Shown here: piece after piece, positions 38,114 through 47,349 of the stretch
Position numbering within the stretch: position 1 is the first letter of the stretch
Layout of the letters: the number at the start of each line of letters is the position of its first letter
From: an uncultured virus (IMG/VR IMGVR_UViG_3300044639_001309)
Lineage: Duplodnaviria > Heunggongvirae > Uroviricota > Caudoviricetes
DNA length: 64,000 nucleotides
Virus record (IMG/VR): IMGVR_UViG_3300044639_001309
Coordinates: 1 to 64,000 of that record
Reading direction: 5' to 3' (one strand)
The notes under the pieces: model-generated
Database searches by the model: none
Seen by the model: the letters and a program-made list of their open reading frames with translations, nothing else
What the model was told of the DNA's origin: nothing
Translations under genes and position numbers: made by a program

Positions 38114-38119
38114 AGTGTT

Positions 38120-38173
38120 CTCCTTTAATTAAGCGAGTTTACAATTTAGGACCCGGCCTATCCAGCGTCCTTA
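38120..38173 (-). ncRNA. ROSE-like RNA thermometer 5' leader
   Basis: CUCGCUU-AAUUA-AAGGAG SD hairpin plus an upstream bulged-G hairpin. Confidence 0.65.
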
Positions 38174-38195
38174 GTGTATATTATATATGATAAAT

Positions 38196-38210
38196 TGTTG
38201 CACCGCAACA
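38196..38210. promoter_or_regulatory. PhaR-like operator TGTTGC-ACC-GCAACA
   Basis: Perfect palindrome upstream of the phasin-like gene. Confidence 0.5.
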
Positions 38211-38278
38211 TTTTTACGTGCTATTTTGGTACTTTTGGATAAATTGATAGTGTCTGAGTTTAGTAGTTAAATATTATT

Positions 38279-39349
38279 ATGTACAACATTTACGTAGACA
38301 CAGAACAAGCCCACTGGTGGCTCAGTCAAGCAACCACATTTTTAAAAATTGGAGACTATACTGTTACATCAGATTTAGAAGAATGGTCGGCTTCACCAGA
38401 CCGAATAGCCCTGGTTGAAATTTTAGAATTTTCCAATGAAGTTAAAGAAAAAGTCACCCACATTTGTAAAACCGGGCACATGGTGTTGATTTTCATGCCC
38501 AAACTGGTTGAATCCGATTGGTGCAAAGAATTTGATTCTTCTAATGTGTTCTTTTTTATAGGTGGTAGTTTAAATTTTGAATTAAACTACTCAGAAGTAA
38601 ATTTGTGCCCTTATTTCTTTTGGAGTACCAAAGATTTTTATGTTGGTAATCCAAATATACTGGAACAGTTGACATTTGAAAACAAAACACATTATTTTGA
38701 TGTGTTGTTGGGCCGACACAAGTTGCACAGAGACATGGTGTTTAAAAATATTGACCATGATAAAAATATTGTTACATATTTTCCAACAGATCAAGATCTT
38801 GACCTAAGAAATTACTCTGAATCTGAATTTGCATGGCCTTCTGAAATATTGCCCAAGCCCGAACAGGAAATTCCATTTACTGTGCAAGAAGTCCTGGTAA
38901 ACAATCAAATTGTTAGCTTGAGTCAAATTATACCAGTGGACATTTATAATAAAACACATTTTTCATTTGTGGCAGAAACTGTGCCTGCTAACGAATGGAC
39001 TTTTTTTACAGAAAAGATAGTTAAACCAATACTGGCACGTAGACTGTTTATTGTGGCGGCTGGCAAGCACTATCTGAAAAATCTAAGACGTCTTGGGTTT
39101 AAAACATTTAACAAAGTCATAGATGAAAGCTACGATGGCATAGACAACACAGAAACTCGCGTTAAAATGGCCTGTGACCAAGCAGAATACTTGACCGCTT
39201 TAGATCCAGCAGAAGTCACACATCAAATACAATCCATTGTTGAACATAATTACAATGTCATGATGGACACTGATTGGCAACAAACAATGCATAAAGACAT
39301 TGCAAGTGTTCTAATAAAATACCGTTATCTTAAAGATCATAGTAAATAA
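38279..39349 (+). CDS. glycosyltransferase-like protein (ETV...FTEK..KPI family)
   Basis: FSFVAETV...FFTEKIVKPI...LRRLGFKTF..VIDESYD; paralogue of 54188..55492. Confidence 0.55.
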   Translation: MYNIYVDTEQAHWWLSQATTFLKIGDYTVTSDLEEWSASPDRIALVEILEFSNEVKEKVTHICKTGHMVLIFMPKLVESDWCKEFDSSNVFFFIGGSLNFELNYSEVNLCPYFFWSTKDFYVGNPNILEQLTFENKTHYFDVLLGRHKLHRDMVFKNIDHDKNIVTYFPTDQDLDLRNYSESEFAWPSEILPKPEQEIPFTVQEVLVNNQIVSLSQIIPVDIYNKTHFSFVAETVPANEWTFFTEKIVKPILARRLFIVAAGKHYLKNLRRLGFKTFNKVIDESYDGIDNTETRVKMACDQAEYLTALDPAEVTHQIQSIVEHNYNVMMDTDWQQTMHKDIASVLIKYRYLKDHSK

Positions 39350-39365
39350 CATATAGGAGAATCAA

Positions 39366-39674
39366 ATGATTACATTTATTAAAAAACTTTTTGGGCTAGA
39401 GAAACCCGCAGTTGCGGAAGCAAAGACAGAAGCACCGTATAAGGTTGAAGTTGCACCAATGGTTGATACAGCAGACATTGCTATTGCTCAACTTCCAACC
39501 CCGGTAGCTGAAATTGTGCCCGTGGGCTTTGCTGACATGCCAGTGACAGTTGCACCAACAGAAGTACCAGCTAAACCCAAAGCAACTGTTAAGAAACAAC
39601 AGCCTAAAAAGAAACCGGCTGCTGTCAAAGCACCTACAAAATCTCGAACACCCCGAAAACCCCCGGCAAAATAA
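39366..39674 (+). CDS. hypothetical protein with a Lys/Pro-rich tail
   Basis: TAAATA and SD AGGAG upstream. Confidence 0.65.
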   Translation: MITFIKKLFGLEKPAVAEAKTEAPYKVEVAPMVDTADIAIAQLPTPVAEIVPVGFADMPVTVAPTEVPAKPKATVKKQQPKKKPAAVKAPTKSRTPRKPPAK

Positions 39675-39685
39675 AATTCTTTAGA

Positions 39686-40222
39686 TTATATCACAAGTGG
39701 TATAACAAGCCAAATGCCTTGGGTTAACAGCAATGTTCCAAAAATACTTACGCCGATACTGCCCCAAAACATACGTTTGTCCACAGCTAAAATACTAGCA
39801 GACAGTAGTACAATGGCCAACTGGAATGCCATTGCGGCAAACGTCAACCATGGGGTATGTTTCTTGGCTTCATCACGTTCGGCTTCAATCTGTAATGCTT
39901 TGGCCATCAACTCTTTCTTGCCCTCACCTTTGGCTGGGTCAGACTCGTAACGATCAATCTTGGCTTGTAGTTGTTCTTTGCGTTTTGGATCTGTGGTGGT
40001 TTCTAACTGTCCTTCGGCAATACTTTGTTTGATACTCTTGGCTTGATAAAAGTTCCAAGTATCATTTGCTTTGATGGTGTTACTTAATATCTTGCTACTA
40101 AATCCGCTAGACATATAGGTTGTAATTGCTAATAATAGTGCAATGACAGTAATGACCCATCCTGCTCTATCTTTAATTTGTGCTTCACGTTCAGAACGTG
40201 ACAATGTTTTTACTTCTGCCAT
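39686..40222 (-). CDS. DUF4337-like membrane protein
   Basis: ANDTWNFYQAKSIKQ and AFQLAIVLLSASIL motifs. Confidence 0.75.
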   Translation of the reverse strand: MAEVKTLSRSEREAQIKDRAGWVITVIALLLAITTYMSSGFSSKILSNTIKANDTWNFYQAKSIKQSIAEGQLETTTDPKRKEQLQAKIDRYESDPAKGEGKKELMAKALQIEAERDEAKKHTPWLTFAAMAFQLAIVLLSASILAVDKRMFWGSIGVSIFGTLLLTQGIWLVIPLVI

Positions 40223-40247
40223 GTTAAGTCTTTCTTTAATATATTAT

Positions 40248-40730
40248 TTATCTGGTGATCATAGCAAAAGTGAACAGCACAACAGGGATCGCTATTGCCA
40301 TGAAACTTGTACCTATAAGCAGTCTATCTATCATGTCGGACTGTGCTTGTATCCTGGCATTTTTTATGTCTGCCTGTAGTTTGGCACGTTCCTTGTACAT
40401 ACGCACACGCTCGGCCATCATTTCATCCCAGACATCTTTGTTGCCAGACCATATCAACATTTCTTTTAGTTCTTTTTCAGCATCACGCAGGGCTTTACTC
40501 TGCATGGCAATCTGTACAGACATTGCTCTAATCTGTCCGTCAGTGAGAATTTTTTTACTGGTTTGTGCCTCTATGCTGGCAGCGTGAATTGTGTCGCTGT
40601 TTTCAAAAAACTTAGCAAACTGACCGTATAGACTGTTGACATCTTTGCCTAGGGCAATGGCCTTTTTGATATAATTTACCGATTGTTGAGCGGCCGTGAA
40701 CGCAATGCCAATTGTGATAGGATCAATCAT
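40248..40730 (-). CDS. hypothetical protein with a C-terminal TM segment
   Basis: MIDPIT... N-terminus, coiled coil and TM tail. Confidence 0.7.
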   Translation of the reverse strand: MIDPITIGIAFTAAQQSVNYIKKAIALGKDVNSLYGQFAKFFENSDTIHAASIEAQTSKKILTDGQIRAMSVQIAMQSKALRDAEKELKEMLIWSGNKDVWDEMMAERVRMYKERAKLQADIKNARIQAQSDMIDRLLIGTSFMAIAIPVVLFTFAMITR

Positions 40731-40891
40731 GTTTTCTTAGGATCCTTATCTTTAGGTTGCGGCGGGGGTTTAGACCATTCTAGGCATACCACTCTGCGAT
40801 TGTAGACATCGCCCGTCCATGTCCATTTCACACACCTTGGCTCTTGGGCTAGCATACCTGCTAACATTATTGAGCCTATGGCGTTGAACAT
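40727..40891 (-). CDS. small secreted peptide (CVKWTW...CLEW)
   Basis: Not in the ORF track; 54 aa, ATGA-coupled. Confidence 0.55.
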   Translation of the reverse strand: MFNAIGSIMLAGMLAQEPRCVKWTWTGDVYNRRVVCLEWSKPPPQPKDKDPKKT

Positions 40892-40892
40892 G

Positions 40893-41513
40893 TTACTTGT
40901 TGGCCAATGGATTATCCATGGCTTTTTGTATTTTACTATCGACTTCTCTCTTTAGTGTTTCTACTTCGCGATTGATTTCTCTACGGGCCGCAGTAAATTC
41001 ACTGTTGATTTCTTTGCGTGTGTTTTCCATATCTCGGCGAATTGCAGCCGCTTCGGTCCTAGCACGTTCCAGGTCTTCACGCACAGCCTTGCGCATGTCA
41101 CGCATTTCTGACTCAGTTTCACGCTGTGCATTCTTAACGCTACGTTCTACTTGCTCGGTCACAGTTTCATTACGGCGAATATCATTCTTCAAATCAGTTT
41201 TGATATCACGTGTGTAGTCGCTGGTTTTGCTAGAGTTTTCTTCGATCACTGCCAGTCGCTTGTCAAATCCACTTAGGTCTGGAGCGGCATATTCAGCAAT
41301 CTTTTTCTTCATGCCCACGTAGTCTTTGTACACTTCAAATGATCCATACAGTCCACCTAGTATAGATGATACGATTGTGGCTGCAACCATTAGTTTGGCT
41401 GGGGTAAACTCGTAGCCGCCAATGCTTATAACAGTATCTTTTGATGCGTACTTTTTGGCGGCTGCTTCTAGTTCATCAACCTTTGCGTTTACGTTTTTTA
41501 TTTCTTCTGCCAT
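40893..41513 (-). CDS. membrane-anchored coiled-coil protein
   Basis: Single TM segment, long heptads, ends MDNPLANK. Confidence 0.75.
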   Translation of the reverse strand: MAEEIKNVNAKVDELEAAAKKYASKDTVISIGGYEFTPAKLMVAATIVSSILGGLYGSFEVYKDYVGMKKKIAEYAAPDLSGFDKRLAVIEENSSKTSDYTRDIKTDLKNDIRRNETVTEQVERSVKNAQRETESEMRDMRKAVREDLERARTEAAAIRRDMENTRKEINSEFTAARREINREVETLKREVDSKIQKAMDNPLANK

Positions 41514-41523
41514 TTTTGTTTCC

Positions 41524-43890
41524 TTATTTGTATTGTAGGTTCACCAAGTCTTGGTGTAATCGATCACTAGACAATTGACGTAAGACTCTGGCATTGTCTA
41601 CATTAACTTGATTCCGGTAAATCTCTCGTGGTGCATAGAATGCCACATCAGGCATCATCATTGAGTATGCTTGATAACCAGCAGGTTGTGTCGCCATTCT
41701 AGTTATATCTACCCTGCCTGCTAGTTCATTTGGTTGAACATTTTTGTTTACTGCGTCTGTCTTTTGTTCTTGTGTAATTGCATTTGGCAACATCGGGCGC
41801 TGTTCTATAGCATCATTTAACGGTGAACGACCGCCTACTTTGATACCTTCAGTTTGGGGAGTTGATTCGGGTTCTATTTGTATATTTGATCGTCCAGTTG
41901 GTAACTGAAATCCAAAGTTGGTTAATGATGATTCAACTGCTGAAAATGCACTAGTAGAAGGTGCTGAAATAGAGCTGAATTGATATGTTGTAGTAAGTGC
42001 CGATAATCCTGTACCAGTACTTTGAACAGTTTCAGTTGTGGTTGCTTGCGTTGGCGGGCGTATTGCTTCTATACTTGTGGCAGTAGAAGCTTGACCTGTT
42101 GGTAATGAAAATGCACTGACTTGAGTTTGAGTTGCTGTTCTAGTTGTGGTACCCGATGATGCACCTGTTACTGTTGAACTACTAGCCATACTTTGTGCAA
42201 CTGCGGAACCAGCTACTGCTTCTGCTTGTTGCTGTGCAGATGTAGCAGATTGAGTAGCCTGTGCTTCGGCGGCCTGAACAACTGCTTTTGCTTCATTGCC
42301 TATTCTAGCTTGATTACTACTAATCATACTCATTACGGAACTTAATGATACCGGCGAAGATGATGTGCTTTTGTTATCACCGGCTGTTTTAACTTCACCT
42401 GCTCGGGGTTGACTACTGCCGCCACTTGGTGGAGGAGGTTGATTTGCAGGCGGTGGACCTGCTGGATTATTAGAAGCAGTTTGTGTTGTTCCTGGCGGTG
42501 GTGGACTACCCGGAGGAGGCTGACTTCCAGGTGGGGGCTCTGAACCTGGTGGTGGCTGACTTCCCGGCGGGGATCCGGCAGCTCCTTCAGTGCCCGGTGG
42601 AGGTGGAGGTCGCGTGGGGTCAGACTGTGTACCAGTTGTTGGGTCTATGAATGGTGCACCATCAGTGCCCATCATATTGTTTGAAGTTGTATTATTAGCC
42701 ATGGATTGTTTAGCCATAGCATAAGCATAGCCCTTACAATTAGTACTATATAAGGGATTAGCAACACAAGGATCAGCAGTATAAATCATTGTTGCCCATG
42801 CACCTTCCACAGAAGAACCGGTGCCTGATGCTGACCCTACAATTCTACCTGTACCCAACATGGATTGATTCATACTAACTGGCAACAAATATTTGTCACT
42901 AACCGATCCACTGGTGCCATCACCCGTAAAACTGTAAGTCTTTGATTGTATAGACTGGTTGCCACTGTTTGTAAGTGAGACTGTGGCATTAGCATACGCA
43001 GGTATGTTCATGGTCCAACTACACGACCCATCTTGATTCCAAGCAGTACATCCTGAAAAACCTTGCCCAACTCTCCAGTTGAACCCGTAGTTGAATCCAT
43101 GTATGGTTGCCCCAACTCCGGCATTCTGCAATGCGGTGTTGATTGCAAACGCTTGATTTAGACTTGATCCACCTTGAGTTGAATCTAACAAATTATTGGT
43201 ATTAAGAATACTGCTGAAGCCAGCACATGTTGAACTATAAGCAGGATTGGTAGCACACGGATCTACTTTGTATTTTAAACGAAAATCAACATTCATAACT
43301 TCTGGACCATAATTGCCTGCCCAGAAATTATTATCTCTGCCCACCATACCTACTTGTGCTGTGCTTAGTGTTGATGCAATGTAAGATGTAGCAAATGTCT
43401 CGTTGAAATTAAAAGTAGTCCAGTTGTATTTGTTATTAGTTGCCGCAGAGTAATCATAGTTTGCTATTAAGTTGCCACCTGAACCATACAACTTGACATA
43501 AGCGGCAAGATAATCCTGTCTAGCATCGTCCCATCCATTGCCGTTCTTGGCCATGAAGCTGTAGTTAAATCCAGAAAGTTGCACACCTGCTCCGCCCGCA
43601 GATAATGCTGTGTTTATGTTAATGACCTGATTCAGGTCTGCGGTGCCATAACTGAAATTGATGTAGCCGCCTGGTCTAATACTAGGGTTTGGTCCACAGT
43701 TGCCTGGTTCACCGGCATAAAAGCACAGTTGATTAACATACACGCCATTGTTCCAGGTACTGGTTGTACCCGTAGGTGAAGTACTGTAATTTATTAAATT
43801 ACCTGTAGTGGATATATCTTGACTGTTAGAATAACTTGCGGACAACAACGCCAAGGATAGCGCCAATGCCAACTTTCTTATAAGTGTCAT
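41524..43890 (-). CDS. large secreted protein with two beta domains and Pro-rich and Ser/Thr-rich linkers
   Basis: Signal peptide; repeated DPC..NP.YS..C.G motif; PPGSQP repeats. Confidence 0.75.
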   Translation of the reverse strand: MTLIRKLALALSLALLSASYSNSQDISTTGNLINYSTSPTGTTSTWNNGVYVNQLCFYAGEPGNCGPNPSIRPGGYINFSYGTADLNQVININTALSAGGAGVQLSGFNYSFMAKNGNGWDDARQDYLAAYVKLYGSGGNLIANYDYSAATNNKYNWTTFNFNETFATSYIASTLSTAQVGMVGRDNNFWAGNYGPEVMNVDFRLKYKVDPCATNPAYSSTCAGFSSILNTNNLLDSTQGGSSLNQAFAINTALQNAGVGATIHGFNYGFNWRVGQGFSGCTAWNQDGSCSWTMNIPAYANATVSLTNSGNQSIQSKTYSFTGDGTSGSVSDKYLLPVSMNQSMLGTGRIVGSASGTGSSVEGAWATMIYTADPCVANPLYSTNCKGYAYAMAKQSMANNTTSNNMMGTDGAPFIDPTTGTQSDPTRPPPPPGTEGAAGSPPGSQPPPGSEPPPGSQPPPGSPPPPGTTQTASNNPAGPPPANQPPPPSGGSSQPRAGEVKTAGDNKSTSSSPVSLSSVMSMISSNQARIGNEAKAVVQAAEAQATQSATSAQQQAEAVAGSAVAQSMASSSTVTGASSGTTTRTATQTQVSAFSLPTGQASTATSIEAIRPPTQATTTETVQSTGTGLSALTTTYQFSSISAPSTSAFSAVESSLTNFGFQLPTGRSNIQIEPESTPQTEGIKVGGRSPLNDAIEQRPMLPNAITQEQKTDAVNKNVQPNELAGRVDITRMATQPAGYQAYSMMMPDVAFYAPREIYRNQVNVDNARVLRQLSSDRLHQDLVNLQYK

Positions 43891-45049
43891 CTATTTTTAC
43901 CTCATCCAACTTTGGAATCTTGTCTGGATTTGCTTCCCACTGTGCTCGTGCTTGTTCACCAATCTTGCCTTCGTATGGGCAAGGGGTGCCTGCGGCCAAC
44001 ATAGCATCAAACACTCTACGGTCTTGGCACATGGTAGCAACCGCCGCAACCTTCATGCCCATGTCATACAAGGTTTTAGATAACTTCAATCGTTCGCAAT
44101 TCATATCTCTAACTGTGCCACCCGAACTTACACCAAATACCTGTGTCTGTACAGAGCCTGAACTACCTGTTGAACATAAATCAGCGTTGCCGCCACTCAG
44201 CATGGCAGGTGCTACCGCAGTAGGAGGAGGTTGAATCACTCGTTGCGTAATTTCAGTTTTATTAATATTAGTATTGGTTACCTCGCCTTGCTGAATATTT
44301 GTATTCACAGAACTGTTTTGATTAATATTATTATTGGTAGCTGTGATTGCGCTGGTTGAAGTACTGATATTACGATTGGTCATATCACCAGTGTTTACAT
44401 TATTGTTAGTAGAAGTGCTTGTACTAACGTTATTATTGTTGTTGGTGGCAGTACTTGTACTGTTATTAATGTTTCTATACGTCATATCACCGGTGTTGAC
44501 GTTGTTATTATTGTTAGTTGCTGTGCTAGTACTAGTTGAAGTATTAATATTTCTATAAGTCATATCACCAGTGTTGATATTGTTATTGGTATTAACATTA
44601 GTACTTGAACTGGTGCTTGCATTGTTGTTATTGTAAGTCATTGTACCGCTATTAACATTGTTGTTGTTATTGTTGTATGTCATTGTACCGGAGTTGACAT
44701 TATTGTTATTAATTGTGCTGGTACCTGAATTAATGTTGTTGTTGGTGTTGACACTGGTGCTAACGTTGTTATTGTTGTTGGTGTTAACACTGGTGCTGTT
44801 GACCGTGGCTGCGCTGGTGCTAGTGCTGTTGCTATTGGTATTGCTGTTTGATGTTACTGTGCTGGTACTGTTTGATGTACTGTTAGTATCAACTAGAGTC
44901 TTGGAGTCGTAGGTACCTTGATTAATAAGTGTACTTGTGCCGGTGGTTGTTCCACCAGCAGAACTGGATGTAGTAGTTGTTTGTGCCGTGGCAGTGGCAG
45001 TGACCACGAGCACCAGGCTAGCCAGGCCCAGGGCAATTTTTTTCATCAT
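43826..45049 (-). CDS. secreted Asn/Thr/Ser-repeat protein with a Cys-containing C-terminal domain
   Basis: Signal peptide; NNNVN(S/T)G(T/D)MTY repeats; CERLKLSK...MCQD...GTPCP. Confidence 0.75.
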   Translation of the reverse strand: MMKKIALGLASLVLVVTATATAQTTTTSSSAGGTTTGTSTLINQGTYDSKTLVDTNSTSNSTSTVTSNSNTNSNSTSTSAATVNSTSVNTNNNNNVSTSVNTNNNINSGTSTINNNNVNSGTMTYNNNNNNVNSGTMTYNNNNASTSSSTNVNTNNNINTGDMTYRNINTSTSTSTATNNNNNVNTGDMTYRNINNSTSTATNNNNNVSTSTSTNNNVNTGDMTNRNISTSTSAITATNNNINQNSSVNTNIQQGEVTNTNINKTEITQRVIQPPPTAVAPAMLSGGNADLCSTGSSGSVQTQVFGVSSGGTVRDMNCERLKLSKTLYDMGMKVAAVATMCQDRRVFDAMLAAGTPCPYEGKIGEQARAQWEANPDKIPKLDEVKIDDTYKKVGIGAILGVVVRKLF

Positions 45050-45113
45050 ACTCACCTTATAGTTGTTATTGTCTCCGTATTTATTTGTTATAAATCAACA
45101 GTTTAGTGGGTAT

Positions 45114-45135
45114 AAAAAAGCCCCTTTCGGGGCTC
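45114..45135 (-). terminator. rho-independent terminator after pstS
   Basis: Minus strand AGCCCC-GAAA-GGGGCTTTTTT. Confidence 0.85.
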
Positions 45136-45179
45136 AGTGCCAGTTACGAGTTCTAGCCGTACTCTATTTTGTACGCGGT

Positions 45180-46181
45180 TTATTTAATCTGTGTCCACAC
45201 ACGCTCACGGATCTGCTTGGTTAAACTGTCTGGCAATGCCACATAGTCCAAATCAGCGGCATCTTTCTTACCATTCTTAAATGCCCAATCAAAGAACTTT
45301 AGTACTTCGTCACTGGTGGCTTTGCTCTTCGGTTCTTTGTACATGATGATGAAACTAGCTGAACTGACAGGCCAAGCATTGGGATTACGTTGATCCACAA
45401 TACTCAACCCCATACCAGGAACACTAAACCAATCAGCACCGTCTGCGGCTGCGGCAAATGTTAGGTCATCTGGACTAACATACCGGCCTGATTTGTTCTG
45501 TAGTTGTAGGAATGTCATGTTGTTTTTCTTAACATACGCATACTCTACATAGCCAATTGAACCTTTGATTCTGTTCACATTGGCAGCAACGCCTTCATTA
45601 CCTTTGCCACCAACTGCTGTAGCCGCCGGCCACTTGACTGCGGCACCACGACCCACACGCTGTAACCACTCAGGGCTAACTGTGGCAAGATAGTCTGTCC
45701 AGTTAAATGTTGTACCTGACCCATCAGCACGATGTACAATGGTGATAGGTTGATCGGGTAACTGTTTACCTGGATTCAATGCTGTTAATTTAGGATCATT
45801 CCACTTGGCAATGTTGCCCAAGAACACTTCTGCCATAACTGTACCAGTGATGCGTAGTTCACCTGGCTTGAATCCGTCTAAGTTTACAACAGGAACTGTT
45901 CCGCCAATGATAGCAGGAAACTGAACTTGTCCCATCTTGTCCAAGTTCTCACCGCTTACTGGGGCATCAGTTGCTCCAAAGTCCACGGTCTTGGCATTGA
46001 TCTGTCTGATGCCGCCCGAACTACCAATACTCTGATAGTTTAAACTAGTGCCTGTGGTTTTCTTATATCCTTCGGCCCACTTGGCATAGATTGGGAATGG
46101 AAATGTTGCGCCAGCACCTGTGATGTCTGCTTGTGCTGATAAAGTTACTGCGGCTAATAAAATTGCTAGTAGTTTGTTCAC
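45180..46181 (-). CDS. pstS: phosphate ABC transporter substrate-binding protein
   Basis: GAGATFP, YQSIGSSGG, DFGATD, HRADGSGTT and GKGNEGV motifs; signal peptide. Confidence 0.96.
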   Translation of the reverse strand: MNKLLAILLAAVTLSAQADITGAGATFPFPIYAKWAEGYKKTTGTSLNYQSIGSSGGIRQINAKTVDFGATDAPVSGENLDKMGQVQFPAIIGGTVPVVNLDGFKPGELRITGTVMAEVFLGNIAKWNDPKLTALNPGKQLPDQPITIVHRADGSGTTFNWTDYLATVSPEWLQRVGRGAAVKWPAATAVGGKGNEGVAANVNRIKGSIGYVEYAYVKKNNMTFLQLQNKSGRYVSPDDLTFAAAADGADWFSVPGMGLSIVDQRNPNAWPVSSASFIIMYKEPKSKATSDEVLKFFDWAFKNGKKDAADLDYVALPDSLTKQIRERVWTQIK

Positions 46182-46223
46182 TGAGTTCTCCTTGTTGTGA
46201 CAAGATTATTTAAGGAGAATAAT

Positions 46224-46241
46224 ATTACAATTTTGTTACAA
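46224..46241 (-). promoter_or_regulatory. Pho box upstream of pstS
   Basis: TTGTAAC-AAAA-TTGTAAT, an 11-bp-phased direct repeat resembling CTGTCAT-A(A/T)A(A/T)-CTGTCA(C/T). Confidence 0.7.
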
Positions 46242-46305
46242 AATCATACATGCCAGGCTCTATATTTAGGATCAAGCGGCCTTGAATAACTCGTTAGCAA
46301 GGTAA

Positions 46306-47007
46306 TTACCTTAAACGTGCTAGGCCTACCAGTCTAAACACGCTCAGCCACATCCATCCTGCATCAAACTCAAACCAGCGACGACTCAGTCTAGGGTTAG
46401 CAGGATCCAAATGATGGTTATTATGCAGGCATTCCCCACCAACAACAATATCCCAAGGAACAATGTTTCTACTGTGATCTTTAGTTTCGCCATTTCTATA
46501 TCCCCACCAGTGACCTAGACCATTGATGACTCCAGCGGCCCAGAATGGAATCCAAATCATTTGAATGCCCCAAACTAGTAAACCTGGCAGGCCAAATATC
46601 AACAAATCTATTAGTAGCATAAGCACAATACCAGCTCGGCTATGCTTGGTGTAGACATTTTGTTCCATCCAGTCATTAGGAGTACCTACTCCGTACTGAG
46701 CTACCATTTCAGCGTTTTTGCTGGCTGAGTGATAAAGTCCTGCACCCTTGAACAACACACGCCAAATTCCGTAAACATGTGGCGTGTGCGGGTCACCGGG
46801 CTGATCACTGAATCTGTGATGTTTGCGATGTATGGCTACCCATTGCTTGGTGACCATGCCAGTTGTGAGCCATAGCCATGCTCGCATGAAGTGTTCAAGT
46901 ATTGGATTGAATTCTATTCCCCGATGGGCTTGTCCGCGATGTAAAAATAAAGTGACACATACTATGGTAATATGTGTCACTATCAGTGTGTATATTAGTT
47001 CTATCAT
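46306..47007 (-). CDS. membrane fatty-acid (delta-9-type) desaturase
   Basis: His boxes LHRGQAH, HRKHH and LHNNHH. Confidence 0.92.
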   Translation of the reverse strand: MIELIYTLIVTHITIVCVTLFLHRGQAHRGIEFNPILEHFMRAWLWLTTGMVTKQWVAIHRKHHRFSDQPGDPHTPHVYGIWRVLFKGAGLYHSASKNAEMVAQYGVGTPNDWMEQNVYTKHSRAGIVLMLLIDLLIFGLPGLLVWGIQMIWIPFWAAGVINGLGHWWGYRNGETKDHSRNIVPWDIVVGGECLHNNHHLDPANPRLSRRWFEFDAGWMWLSVFRLVGLARLR

Positions 47008-47061
47008 ATAGTATATAGCTAACAAAAATAGTGCCACATATAGCACTATTACTGCAAGGGC

Positions 47062-47349
47062 TTAGGCAAGCATCCTGATCAAGCCAACACTATCAATTGT
47101 GGTTAGCAATAGGTAGTTAGCCAGCATGCCAAAAGATTTCCTAGTCCAACTAGCCCAAGCATACATGGCACAGCCAATGATCCAAATAGGATAAAGAGTA
47201 AGAAGCGGAGGAGTGGGGACTGTGAGTGCCATAGTAATACTGCAACCAATACTAATAGCCCAAGCAAGCAACTCAACAGCAAAGCGAATTCTATGGGACT
47301 TAAAGTCATCTTGTATCCAGTCAAACGTGGGTTTTAAAAGTTCATTCAT
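47062..47349 (-). CDS. small membrane protein
   Basis: Three TM segments. Confidence 0.65.
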   Translation of the reverse strand: MNELLKPTFDWIQDDFKSHRIRFAVELLAWAISIGCSITMALTVPTPPLLTLYPIWIIGCAMYAWASWTRKSFGMLANYLLLTTIDSVGLIRMLA

